The notes: a model not told the origin generated them from the letters alone. A stretch of DNA of 40,000 nucleotides from Aphanothece sacrum FPU1 (GCF_003864295.1 NZ_BDQK01000001.1:440676-480675), one strand, 5' to 3'. Positions 8,257 to 17,317 are shown, counted from the stretch's first letter. Program-made: numbers and translations.

Positions 8257-9515
8257 TGTTTTATTTAGGTATTGATTTTGGAACTTCTGGTGCAAGAGCT
8301 ATTGTTATTGATGAAAATGAAAGCATTCAAACAAAAATTAATTGTACTTTTGAGACAGTTAATGAAGATAAATTAGCCTCTAATTGGCAAAATATTCTTT
8401 ATACTATTCTGGGGAAAATTCCCTTAATAATATGTCAAGAAATTCGGGCTATTGCTATTAATGGAACTTCTTCCACTGTCTTACTTTGCAATGCTCAAGG
8501 AATGCCAATTGTTACGCCTCTTTGGTATGATGATATTAGAGGTAAAGAATATTTAAAAAATATCCAAGAAATTGCTCCAGATAATCACATTGTTTGTAGT
8601 GCTAGTTCAAGTTTAGCAAAACTTTTTTGGTGGTATAATAATGTTGATTGTAAAGAAGCTACTTTTTTCTTACATCAAGCAGATTGGTTAGGATCTTTAT
8701 TACATGGAAAATTAGGAATTAGTGATTATCATAATGCTTTAAAATTAGGCTATGATGTAAATAAATTGAATTATCCTAATTGGTTAACCGTGTTACCTTT
8801 TTATACAATTTTACCTCAAATTTTACCCCCAGGAACACCAGTAGAGAGCGTTACACTAGATATTGCTGAACAGTTTAATTTAAGAAAAGATTGTCAAGTT
8901 TGTACAGGGACAACTGATAGTATTGCTGCTTTTTTAGCTAGTGGAGTTAAACACCCAGGAGAAGGGGTAACTTCATTGGGTTCTACTCTGGTTTTAAAGT
9001 TACTAAGTCAAACCTCTGTTAATGAGTTCAAATCAGGAATTTATAGTCATAGATTAGGTGATTTATGGCTAACCGGTGGAGCATCTAATACAGGAGGGGC
9101 AGTTTTGCGTCACTTTTTTACTAATAAAGAATTAGAAATATATAGTAATCAAATTATTACAGATAAACCCTCTAATTTAGATTATTATCCCTTGTTAAAA
9201 CCTGGAGAAAGATTTCCTATTAATGATCCTCAACTTCTACCAAAAATAAACCCAAAACCCGATAATAAAGTTAAATTTTTACAGGGTTTATTAGAAAGTA
9301 TGGCTAAAATTGAAGCATTAGGTTATCAAAAGTTACAAGAGTTAGGAGCAACCCCTCTAACTCAAGTTTATACGGCAGGAGGAGGAGCAAAAAATAAGAC
9401 TTGGCAAAAAATTAGAGAACGATTTATTAAGGTTCCTGTGAGTATTTCTCCTCAAACTGAAGCTGCTTATGGAACTGCATTATTAGCTAAAAGAAGCCAT
9501 ATAAACTTAGAATAG
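8256..9515 (+). CDS. FGGY-family carbohydrate kinase (xylulokinase/ribulokinase-like)
   Basis: N-terminal LGIDFGTSGARAIVID phosphate-1 motif and C-terminal GGGAKN motif. The start overlaps the Nudix stop (TAATG), suggesting translational coupling. Confidence 0.85.
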   Translation: MFYLGIDFGTSGARAIVIDENESIQTKINCTFETVNEDKLASNWQNILYTILGKIPLIICQEIRAIAINGTSSTVLLCNAQGMPIVTPLWYDDIRGKEYLKNIQEIAPDNHIVCSASSSLAKLFWWYNNVDCKEATFFLHQADWLGSLLHGKLGISDYHNALKLGYDVNKLNYPNWLTVLPFYTILPQILPPGTPVESVTLDIAEQFNLRKDCQVCTGTTDSIAAFLASGVKHPGEGVTSLGSTLVLKLLSQTSVNEFKSGIYSHRLGDLWLTGGASNTGGAVLRHFFTNKELEIYSNQIITDKPSNLDYYPLLKPGERFPINDPQLLPKINPKPDNKVKFLQGLLESMAKIEALGYQKLQELGATPLTQVYTAGGGAKNKTWQKIRERFIKVPVSISPQTEAAYGTALLAKRSHINLE

Positions 9516-9673
9516 ATAAGTAGGGCGATGCACTGCCCACCTTACGTTTGTTTATGATTGATTACATACTAAGAAAAAGAATGACAAACATATCCAAACG
9601 CATTATAATAAGTACCGAAGCAAAATTAATTCACAGCCTCCGGCTGGTTTTGATATAGTCGTAATGCTTGAGT

Positions 9674-9710
9674 AATAGGGGGCGGGTTTATCTAGTTTTT
9701 TGTGATTAAT
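9674..9710. repeat. Dispersed inverted copy of the 41-bp repeat unit
   Basis: Its reverse complement (ATTAATCACAAAAAACTAGATAAACCCGCCCCCTAT) aligns with unit 4 at 2373 (ATGATACCCACAAAAAAATTGAATAAACCCGCCCCCTAT). Confidence 0.75.
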
Positions 9711-9763
9711 TTTGTCTATGTACTTAGAATAAGTCAAATAATTTTGTTAATTAGCTCAATAAG

Positions 9764-10501
9764 ATGAATATTACTAATCCTTGGATTATCGGCACAAGTG
9801 TAAATATAATTTTAATAGTAGTTGCTTTTATTTCGCCCAAAAAACTACTTACTCCGACAGGATATTTCCATGCACTTCTATTAGGAATTATAGTGTGGGG
9901 AACATTAGGTTGGCGAGGGTATACTGTAGTGATGTTTTACTTTTTAGTAGGTTCAGGTGTTACCCGTATTGGGATGGAGCAAAAAGAAGCGGCAGGTATT
10001 GCAGAAAAGAGATCAGGGATGCGAGGGCCAGAAAATGTCTGGGGTTCAGCTTTAATTGCTACAATATGTGCTATTGCGACTTTATTTGTTGATTCTCCTT
10101 GGCAAGAATGGTTAATTTTGGGATATGTAGCCAGTTTTAGTACAAAACTTTCTGATACTACTGCTTCTGAGGTAGGAAAAGCTTACGGAAAAAGCACTTT
10201 TCTCATCACTACTTTACAACCCGTGGTTCGAGGAACAGAAGGGGCCGTGAGTTTAGAAGGAACCCTCGCGGGAATGGTAGCATCAGGCGCGATCGCCGTG
10301 TTAGGATGGGGTATCGGGTTAATTAATTTAATGGGTATTTTGTGGTGTATTGTAGCAGCTTTTATTGCCACTAATTTAGAAAGTGTAATCGGGGCTACGT
10401 TACAATCTAAATGGGAATGGATGACCAATGAAGTTGTCAATATTATTAATACTTTTATTGGGGCAATTGTGGCTATTTTGATTGTTTGGATTTGGCAGTA
10501 A
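9764..10501 (+). CDS. Integral membrane protein, DUF92/TMEM19 family (VTE6 phytyl-phosphate-kinase-like)
   Basis: 245 aa and polytopic. Motifs KLSDTTASEVGK and GAVSLEGTLAG are typical of DUF92. Confidence 0.7.
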   Translation: MNITNPWIIGTSVNIILIVVAFISPKKLLTPTGYFHALLLGIIVWGTLGWRGYTVVMFYFLVGSGVTRIGMEQKEAAGIAEKRSGMRGPENVWGSALIATICAIATLFVDSPWQEWLILGYVASFSTKLSDTTASEVGKAYGKSTFLITTLQPVVRGTEGAVSLEGTLAGMVASGAIAVLGWGIGLINLMGILWCIVAAFIATNLESVIGATLQSKWEWMTNEVVNIINTFIGAIVAILIVWIWQ

Positions 10502-10593
10502 AAAATATTTTATACAAGGTTCCAGTTCCTAAATAGATATCTAATTTCTTTAAGTTCTTTTGTCAAAATATTGAGAAGTTTCATAAATTTTAT

Positions 10594-10750
10594 GGTTCTA
10601 GCGAACAAACTATGCTAAATTAATAATGAATAAAAGGCTAAAGCCTTATCCTATAGAAACAAAGTCCGACGAGCGCGGACAGCCATTATAGGTTGCGTAG
10701 GCAATCTTTGTTTGTATAACTTAACTCTGAGCGAGTTAAAGTCTATAATC
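10594..10750. mobile_element. Degenerate or truncated relative of the MITE family
   Basis: Starts GGTTCTAGCGAAC (compare GGTTCTACCGAAC). It shares TAAATTAATAA, AGGCTAAAGCCTTAT-CTATA and a terminal CTTAAC...GTTAAG hairpin architecture, but no right TIR is present. Confidence 0.5.
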
Positions 10751-10779
10751 GATAAGATAAACTGAAAAATTTAAAAATA

Positions 10780-10805
10780 TAGGGGTCAACGGCCGTTGAC
10801 CCCTA
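10780..10805 (-). terminator. Perfect GC-rich palindrome TAGGGGTCAACGGCCGTTGACCCCTA; probable intrinsic terminator of cysC
   Basis: Lies 20 nt past the cysC stop. On the minus strand the hairpin is followed by ATATTTTTAAATTTTT. Confidence 0.7.
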
Positions 10806-10824
10806 CAAAGGAGAAAAATTTCTG

Positions 10825-11370
10825 TTAAACTGTAACAGCTTGAGCTAGATAGCCCATTGTTTCGAGTTTGTGCCAAATTTTGTTAACACTTTCCTCAAGA
10901 GTTTCGAGATCAGTACGACACTCAACTTCGGGGTCTAAAGGGGGTTCATAAGGGTCATCAATGCCTGTAAAAGACTTAATTTCCCCAGCCCGGGCCCGTT
11001 TATAGAGTCCCTTGACATCCCGACCTTCACAAACTGCTAAGGGCGCATTAACGAAAACTTCGACAAAATTGCCAATTTTTCCCCTGACTTCTTCCCGAAT
11101 CTCCCGATAAGGAGAAATGGCAGAAACTAGGACAATGACACCATTACGGGTTAATAGATTCGCTACAAAGCCAATACGACGAATATTTTCGTCCCTATCT
11201 TCTTTACTAAACCCTAATCCTTTGGTTAGATTTGTCCGTACGATGTCTCCATCTAAGACTTCTAGGGAATAGTTACCCTCTCGTAATTTTTGTTCTAAGG
11301 CCTCGGTAATGGTAGTTTTGCCTGCCCCACTCAATCCAGTTAACCAAATAGTTACGCCACTTTGCTTCAT
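10825..11370 (-). CDS. cysC: Adenylylsulfate (APS) kinase
   Basis: P-loop GLSGAGKTT and full-length similarity to the CysC pattern (LDGDIVR..L...LGFS..DR.ENIRR). Confidence 0.93.
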   Translation of the reverse strand: MKQSGVTIWLTGLSGAGKTTITEALEQKLREGNYSLEVLDGDIVRTNLTKGLGFSKEDRDENIRRIGFVANLLTRNGVIVLVSAISPYREIREEVRGKIGNFVEVFVNAPLAVCEGRDVKGLYKRARAGEIKSFTGIDDPYEPPLDPEVECRTDLETLEESVNKIWHKLETMGYLAQAVTV

Positions 11371-11514
11371 GTTAATTTAGGTAATTTATACTTCATGAAT
11401 CTAAACAATTATTTAGAGAGTAGCCTGAATTGGTACGAATGACAAGAGCAATAGGTGCAGGTTTTTAACTAATATTTATAATACCAATTTCCTAAACCTA
11501 AGCTACACATCAAT

Positions 11515-11544
11515 AGTAGGGGTCAACGGCCGTTGACCCCTACT
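11515..11544. repeat. Second copy of the palindromic element (30-bp perfect palindrome AGTAGGGGTCAACGGCCGTTGACCCCTACT)
   Basis: Read directly. Located 18 nt downstream of the ArsC-like gene stop. The 26-bp core is identical to 10780-10805. Confidence 0.9.
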
Positions 11545-11561
11545 ATGCTGCAACTACTCTT

Positions 11562-11963
11562 TCACCCATGACGAGGACAAGTTTCTAAATCCTCTGTTAC
11601 CGGAGATTGAGGATTTAAGCCTATCCATGCCTCAATTTGGGGGATATCAAACCCTACTTGACAAGTTTCTCCTACTTGAATCAGAGGACGACGAATTAAC
11701 AAAGGATCAGCTATCATTAATTCTAAAGCCTGAGCCTCATCTAACTGTTCAGGAACCACCTCTTCTGATTTAATACGAGGAGAAGTACTGTTAAACCAAG
11801 CGGTAACAGGCAAATTGCCAAAAAACGGACGCAAGGTTTCCGGTGTCCAAGCAGTAGTTAAAAGGCTGTGGGCCTCTAAATTATGACCGGCCGCTTGCAG
11901 TAGATTTCTTTGTTTGGTGTTATTAATACACCCTGGTTTTTCGTAGAAAATAACTTTAGCCAT
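11562..11963 (-). CDS. ArsC/Spx-fold nitrogenase-associated protein
   Basis: MAKVIFYEKPGCINNTKQRNLL... matches the ArsC-like family commonly linked to nif clusters. ATG at 11963 is preferred over the GTG at 11975. Confidence 0.7.
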   Translation of the reverse strand: MAKVIFYEKPGCINNTKQRNLLQAAGHNLEAHSLLTTAWTPETLRPFFGNLPVTAWFNSTSPRIKSEEVVPEQLDEAQALELMIADPLLIRRPLIQVGETCQVGFDIPQIEAWIGLNPQSPVTEDLETCPRHG

Positions 11964-12102
11964 AAGAAGTCCCACAATTATACAGTAATCTACTTAAACA
12001 GATCAGTCAATAACAAGCAAAAGCCCAATAATACTTTTTAGCTATAAAATTCTCCAGAGTTGAATCTTCTTTGCTTAGGGTTATTGTCATGGTTTTATTT
12101 TT

Positions 12103-12293
12103 GGTTCTACCAAACTTAGTAGGATGTAAAACGATTACAAATTACAGGCTTAAACCCGGTCGGGTTAAGCTATAGGAAGTAAGCCTGACTACCCAGGCTT
12201 AAAATTAGGCTATGTAGACAGCCTTTGTGCTTATAGAATAAGGCTTTAGCCTGTATTGATTTATTAATTTTACATGACAAGTTCGGTAGAACC
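12103..12293. mobile_element. MITE copy 2 (191 bp), inverted relative to copy 1, with 8-bp target-site duplication
   Basis: Equals the reverse complement of 4392-4582 with 5 substitutions and no indels (counted by eye). Flanked by TTATTTTT on both sides (12095-12102 and 12294-12301). Confidence 0.92.
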
Positions 12294-12356
12294 TTATTTT
12301 TTCACTCAACCATTACAATCTATCAAAAACCGTCCTGACTGCGGGAAATAATGTGT

Positions 12357-12962
12357 TCAAGAACTACAAGAATTATCATTACAATAATGATCGCGAATCA
12401 GATTATCAATACTTTTAGGATTCGGTTTGCTGTGTCTTGCTTTCCCTGGCATTAAGATTAAATTAGGGGCCTTGCTACAACGTTTTTGACAGCTAGTTTT
12501 TTCAATGGTGACATGATCACTTAAACCTAACTGACCGAGAGTTTTTTCTAGGATTTGATGAAGTTCTTTGCCCCCATGATTAGCACAATCTGATTTATTA
12601 CATAAGAGAATTTTGCCTTTTTTCCTGCCACTTCCCGACACAGTTGAGGAAGGCGCAGAATTAGTTAAAGTTTCCGAAGTTTTACAAGAAAGATTACAAC
12701 TTAAACGATTGACTTGATAGGCCTTGAGTTTTAGCTTAGTAAAACTACTATTAAATTGTTGTTGTCCTGAAATAGAAATCCAATCTCCAGCAGCTAATCC
12801 GAAAGTGCCACTGTGACGCAATCCTTTATCTAATTTAACTTGTAATTCTCGTTCTCCAATGGCTAAACGTATTGATTTAAAGTGACCATCGGATTTACTA
12901 ATAAACCCTAAAAATTGTCCTTCGAGTTGAAAAGGTGAGGTGTGAGCATGAAATGAATCCAT
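12357..12962 (-). CDS. Thioredoxin-like [2Fe-2S] ferredoxin domain protein with N-terminal domain of unknown function
   Basis: The C-terminal half carries CNKSDC...(31 aa)...CQKRC, the Trx-like 2Fe-2S ferredoxin spacing (C-x4-C ... C-x3-C). The N-terminal ~90 aa are unassigned. Confidence 0.6.
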   Translation of the reverse strand: MDSFHAHTSPFQLEGQFLGFISKSDGHFKSIRLAIGERELQVKLDKGLRHSGTFGLAAGDWISISGQQQFNSSFTKLKLKAYQVNRLSCNLSCKTSETLTNSAPSSTVSGSGRKKGKILLCNKSDCANHGGKELHQILEKTLGQLGLSDHVTIEKTSCQKRCSKAPNLILMPGKARHSKPNPKSIDNLIRDHYCNDNSCSS

Positions 12963-13121
12963 GACTAATTCTCCTTAAGTTTAGAGTGAAAGGGTTAAGC
13001 TAAAACCCATTTTAAAGGCGTTTTAGCAAGACAAAACGAAATAAAAGGCAAAAGGGAACACCAAATATATCTTTTTTATTTGACTTAACCAATACCCATT
13101 TCAAATCCAAGAAAGGTTAGA

Positions 13122-13200
13122 GTAGGGGTTTAATATTATTAAGCCCCAAAGAGTTGAAACCTAGTCGGAAATCTTAGGGTTTAATACCATTAAACCCCTA
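13122..13200. repeat. Two related hairpins (GTAGGGGTTTAATATTATTAAGCCCC and TAGGGTTTAATACCATTAAACCCCTA) downstream of nifT
   Basis: Read directly. They share the TAGGGG...CCCCTA ends with the cysC palindromes. Possible 3'-end structure for the nifV-Z-T transcript. Confidence 0.6.
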
Positions 13201-13206
13201 CAAAAA

Positions 13207-13416
13207 TTAATCAGGAAGTTTTGTCGCTTCAAAAGTTTGAGGCAATTTGCTATCATCAGTAAAATCAGCAAAAGATAATTGCCAACCATTGGCTAAGGTT
13301 AAAATCTTTTCTCCTGTCTCTCCTACCTTTTGATCAGTAACGACTTCTTCTAAGTCTTTTTTCGGCACATAAACCGATAACTCACCCGTGCCATTTTTCC
13401 GTAACATAACTTTCAT
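13207..13416 (-). CDS. nifT: NifT/FixU
   Basis: 69 aa; MKVMLRKNGTGELSVYVPKKDLEE is the characteristic NifT N-terminus. Confidence 0.9.
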   Translation of the reverse strand: MKVMLRKNGTGELSVYVPKKDLEEVVTDQKVGETGEKILTLANGWQLSFADFTDDSKLPQTFEATKLPD

Positions 13417-13439
13417 CTTTTAGCTCCTATATTTTACAA

Positions 13440-13757
13440 TTAGTTAACTTCTGAGGTTTGGAGTTCGAGTTCTAGATCATCAGGAATTGGTTCTTCTGCT
13501 AATAGTAATTCCTTGCGGCGACAACCTACCACACAGCCATTTTCTAGGAAATGGACGGCATAGATATAGTAACTTTGCAGATAAGTTCCAATGCCCACAA
13601 TGTAGCCAATATCTCCCTTTTTCGCTAGGGTTTCCCCTATTTCTTTACCAGGAAATGTGCCATCATTACGAATCATTTTACGCAGCCGCACTTTTTGTTC
13701 AATTTCAAAAGCGGGGGGATCGTTAATTTCAATTTCGCCAGGGTTATATAATCCCAT
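13440..13757 (-). CDS. nifZ: NifZ
   Basis: FEIEQKVRLRKMIRNDGTFPGKEIGETLAKKGDIGYIVGIG matches the NifZ domain. It overlaps the nifV 3' end by 14 nt. Confidence 0.9.
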   Translation of the reverse strand: MGLYNPGEIEINDPPAFEIEQKVRLRKMIRNDGTFPGKEIGETLAKKGDIGYIVGIGTYLQSYYIYAVHFLENGCVVGCRRKELLLAEEPIPDDLELELQTSEVN

Positions 13758-14877
13758 GAGACATTCTCCTATTAGGTACTAAATCTATTAATTCATCTAC
13801 GGTAAGACTACGTTTCATCTGTACAGATAAATTTCGTACCGCATCGAGAACTGTTTGCGCTTCTTCACTATTTAAAGTGATACCTTTTTGTTTGAGTACA
13901 TTCGTTAGTAAATGTCGTCCCGAATGTTTACCTACTAATAAACGTCTTTCGCAACCCACCTCCTCTGGTGCAAATGGTTCATATGTTGCAGGATTTTGTA
14001 AGACTCCGTGAGCATGAATACCAGATTCATGAGCAAAGGCATTATCTCCAACGATCGCTTTCCAAGGGGGTAAGGTCACTCCGGATGCTTGATTGACTAA
14101 TTGAGATAATTCTCGTAAACGACGAGTATTAATGGTTAAATCAACACTATACAACCGTTTTAGAGCCATAATCACCTCCTCCAATGGAGCATTACCCGCT
14201 CTTTCTCCTAACCCGTTAACCGTAGTGTTAACAGAAGTCGCACCCGCTTGTAAACCGGCCAACGCATTCGCTGTAGCTAATCCGAAGTCATTATGAGTGT
14301 GCATTTCTACAGGAATCGACAAAGCTGCGACTAACAGACTCACTTTATGAGTAGTGGTAGCCGGATCTAAAATGCCGACGGTATCACAGAAGCGAAAACG
14401 AGATGCACCCCAATCTTGGGAAGAAAGAGCTACATCGAGCAAGAAAGACTCATCAGCACGAGAGGAGTCTTCTGCTCCAACAGACACGAAAAGTCCTTGA
14501 TCTAAGGCAAAATTGACCGTATCCCGTAGACGATTAAAGACTAGGGTACAATTACCTTGAAACTTTGCGTTAATTTGGATAGAAGATACAGGAATGGAGA
14601 TATGAACCCGTTTTAGTCCACAAGCGATCGAAGCCTCGATATCTGAGCGTACTGCCCGATTCCAGCCTAAAAGAGCCGCTTTTAAGCCCTTATTAGCAAT
14701 GGCGGTGATGGCATCTGCTTCTGTACCTCCCATAGCCGGAATTCCTACTTCTAGCTCAGGAATACCAATGACATCCATTAATTGAGCTAGGGCGATTTTT
14801 TCGGCGGGAGAAAAAGCAATCCCGGCCGCTTGCTCTCCATCTCGCAATGTTGTATCATTAATGTGTATATTGTGCAT
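13744..14877 (-). CDS. nifV: Homocitrate synthase
   Basis: INDTTLRDGEQ and HTHNDFGLATAN motifs of the HMGL-like/IPMS family, in nif context. Confidence 0.93.
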   Translation of the reverse strand: MHNIHINDTTLRDGEQAAGIAFSPAEKIALAQLMDVIGIPELEVGIPAMGGTEADAITAIANKGLKAALLGWNRAVRSDIEASIACGLKRVHISIPVSSIQINAKFQGNCTLVFNRLRDTVNFALDQGLFVSVGAEDSSRADESFLLDVALSSQDWGASRFRFCDTVGILDPATTTHKVSLLVAALSIPVEMHTHNDFGLATANALAGLQAGATSVNTTVNGLGERAGNAPLEEVIMALKRLYSVDLTINTRRLRELSQLVNQASGVTLPPWKAIVGDNAFAHESGIHAHGVLQNPATYEPFAPEEVGCERRLLVGKHSGRHLLTNVLKQKGITLNSEEAQTVLDAVRNLSVQMKRSLTVDELIDLVPNRRMSHGII

Positions 14878-14907
14878 GGCTTGAATTCCTGATGATCGAC
14901 AGCTAGG

Positions 14908-15138
14908 TTAGGGAAATTGGTATTGAATTTGAGCATCTAACCAATCCCAAATCCGTTGGAGTTGTCCTCTGGTGATTAAGCCATATTGCCACAAGAGCAT
15001 GGGAATAGGGTCACTCGGTTGGTGTTGATTGTTCAGCGCAACCGCTAAGTCGTCTCTTGAAAGATCTAATTCTTGTTGTAAGAATTGACTGAATTCCTTG
15101 GAAATAAAATGATGTTCCATGACAGCACTGGGGTTCAA
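14908..15138 (-). CDS. Small conserved cyanobacterial protein (DUF2949-like)
   Basis: 76 aa; the ...PMLLWQYGLITRGQLQRIWDWLD pattern recalls DUF2949. Confidence 0.55.
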   Translation of the reverse strand: MNPSAVMEHHFISKEFSQFLQQELDLSRDDLAVALNNQHQPSDPIPMLLWQYGLITRGQLQRIWDWLDAQIQYQFP

Positions 15139-15312
15139 TTTTTCGGGATTTCGGGAAACCTTAACGATTCCAAGAACAAATCCCGTAAGAAGCTTTTATG
15201 ATGCTTAGGGGGATAGAGGGAATAATTAATCTAGCGTCAACCTTAAGACAAGTCTCTTACTTGTTCAAGCTAGACACTTAATCGACAAATCTTGTAGACT
15301 TGTTGTATACTT

Positions 15313-15591
15313 TTAATCAGGATAAGATTCAGTAGACGGGCAATCATTAGTTTCCCAACAACGTTGCAACCAGTCTAGTAATTCTTGACGAGTGGCCATC
15401 GCTTGATAAACTGCGCTACGCAGCAGAATGGCATTGATACCATGTTCGATTTCTACCCATAATGATCCGTCATTAGGACACCAACAAGGGATCATTAATT
15501 CTTGAAGACGATGGTGAATCAACCAGCGATCGCAGCGAGAAATATTCGCAACTTGACTGAGTAAAGCATCGGGACTAGAAGGTGTCATCAT
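15313..15591 (-). CDS. Small hypothetical protein, Cys/Trp-rich, nif-linked
   Basis: 92-aa ORF between cysE and the DUF2949-like gene on the same strand. The RCDRWLIHHRLQELMIPCWCPNDGSLWVEI segment looks like a conserved small cyanobacterial family, but no function is known to me. Confidence 0.5.
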   Translation of the reverse strand: MMTPSSPDALLSQVANISRCDRWLIHHRLQELMIPCWCPNDGSLWVEIEHGINAILLRSAVYQAMATRQELLDWLQRCWETNDCPSTESYPD

Positions 15592-15606
15592 GATTGTAAG
15601 GGAGGG

Positions 15607-16338
15607 TCAAGGTAGGTTTTGTATCTTTTGTTCCAATTGTTCAATTCGGTCTAATAAGGTACGAATGATTTGGGCCTCCACATCCGGTAATTTGCCGTGT
15701 TCTAAGGGGCAACCGCGACCACTACGGGAAATAATACGACCGGGTACTCCTACGACGGTGCAATCACTGGGAACACTGCGCAAAACGATTGATCCTGCAC
15801 CAATACGAACATGATTGCCAATTTCAATATTGCCTAAGACTTTGGCCCCGGCCCCGACAATAACATGATCTCCTAGAGTGGGATGGCGTTTACCGAGTTC
15901 TTTTCCGGTGCCACCAAGGGTCACATTTTGATAAATTAAACAATAATCTCCCAAAATAGCCGTTTCACCAATGACTACTCCCATACCGTGATCGATAAAC
16001 ACCCCTTGACCAATGGTGGCCCCAGGATGAATTTCAATTCCGGTGATAAATCGTCCTAAATGGGAGAAAAAGCGAGGAATAAAGGGTATTTGCTGTTTCC
16101 ATAGCCAATGGGATAAGCGATGGAGAGTTAAGGCGTGTAATCCTGGATAAAAGCATAATACTTCTAGCCAGTTACGAGCGGCCGGATCTCGTTGAAAAAT
16201 AACTTGAAAGTCTTTCAGGAGGGTTTGCACGGGAGAGACACGAGAACATGGTGGAATCTCCAAAGAACAAGTCGAGGAGTCGTTATGACCCCTTTGATAC
16301 CCTAAACGACCTTCTCTGACGGGAATGGATCCAAACAT
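15607..16338 (-). CDS. cysE: Serine O-acetyltransferase (nif-associated, nifP-type)
   Basis: [12 protein letters not shown] plus left-handed beta-helix hexapeptide repeats ([28 protein letters not shown]...[19 protein letters not shown]). The ~40-aa N-terminal extension makes the true start uncertain. Confidence 0.88.
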   Translation of the reverse strand: MFGSIPVREGRLGYQRGHNDSSTCSLEIPPCSRVSPVQTLLKDFQVIFQRDPAARNWLEVLCFYPGLHALTLHRLSHWLWKQQIPFIPRFFSHLGRFITGIEIHPGATIGQGVFIDHGMGVVIGETAILGDYCLIYQNVTLGGTGKELGKRHPTLGDHVIVGAGAKVLGNIEIGNHVRIGAGSIVLRSVPSDCTVVGVPGRIISRSGRGCPLEHGKLPDVEAQIIRTLLDRIEQLEQKIQNLP

Positions 16339-16850
16339 TAAATTCCGTGATTCTACATAAACTTAGTTGTTATGCTTATACCAAGTGTGCCTGACTCTCC
16401 CTCGATCTCGGTCACGGGTCAAGTTTATTAAACTTATAATGGGGGTACTCAAAACAAGAAAACCCATATTGATTAAGCATTTAAGTCATGTGAAAAGTTT
16501 TTTTTGGGACGGGGTACGATTATTTTATAGATGGGGTTACAGTATTTATAGGTCAGGGCATCTGTATTTATGCACTCAGGGTCAATCCCTTTCAGGAGAA
16601 GGGTTTGAGGCTAATCAGACCTGGATTTATGCCCGTTGGCCAAGGAACTCATTACCCTTCGATTGTATAAGGGCTAAAACTCTGACTAGAAAAGGCTTTT
16701 AAGGTTTTTTATTCCTCAATTTGAGACCCTGTTGAGTGTTAACAAAAGTGCCAAAAAGAAAATGTTACATTGGATACAGAATTGAATTCCGTGACAGCAC
16801 TGGGGAAGTTAAAAAAGCTTACTCCAGTTTTTTTTGGAACGGCTTGGGAG

Positions 16851-16912
16851 TTGGGTTTGGGGTGATGGGGTTTGGGGTGATGGGTGATGGGGTGATGGGT
16901 GATGGGTGATGA
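16851..16912. repeat. G-rich heptamer/octamer array (GGTGATG/GGGTGATG, about 8 units)
   Basis: ttgggtttggggtgatggggtttggggtgatgggtgatggggtgatgggtgatgggtgatg. This is the reverse complement of the CCCATCA family at 28236-28333. Confidence 0.95.
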
Positions 16913-17317
16913 GAAACTTGTTAGATGAGTGCAAAGAATGTGTCGAGTAAAATCTACGAATAATCACTTAGAAGCCTTAGTTGGTCTAGCTTTGCTTTTG
17001 AGTCCACAAATACAGGACTCCTTATGTAGAAATACATAACCCTCCTCTTTAAAATACTAGACCCCCATCCTCAAAAAAAAAATTTGATAGTTGCGATAAA
17101 AGACAGAGTAAGGACTTCACTATTTGAATACTCCCTAATAAGTTTAATGAATCTGAACTCACCCCCCATGACCCAAAGCCAAAAAGTGGGGGTGCTATAA
17201 CGATAGTAACGCCGAAGACAAATAGTCCATTGTTTATCCCCTTGCGATTTCTAAAAGCAAGTGACCGAACTTTCCATAAGTCACGCTGATAGTCACCCTC
17301 TAACTTCACGGAATTCA

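Noticed and set aside
9781-10440. ORFs 9781..10092 (+) and 10183..10440 (-) inside the DUF92 gene
   Set aside because: These are alternative-frame and antisense ORFs fully embedded in a well-supported membrane-protein gene. Their translations are Cys/Arg-rich or Pro-rich junk.
13487-15814. ORFs 13487..13726 (+) and 15590..15814 (+)
   Set aside because: They are antisense to nifZ and cysE respectively, with no motifs. They are shadow ORFs of strongly supported genes.
16764-16777. NtcA-like site GTT-N8-TAC
   Set aside because: It deviates from the GTA-N8-TAC consensus, no -10 box was identified at the proper distance, and such near-matches are frequent in AT-rich DNA. It is mentioned only as a lead.
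15119-16806. 14-nt exact match TGACAGCACTGGGG at 15120-15133 and 16792-16805
   Set aside because: A handful of 14-mer coincidences are expected by chance in 40 kb counting both strands, and there is no further flanking similarity.
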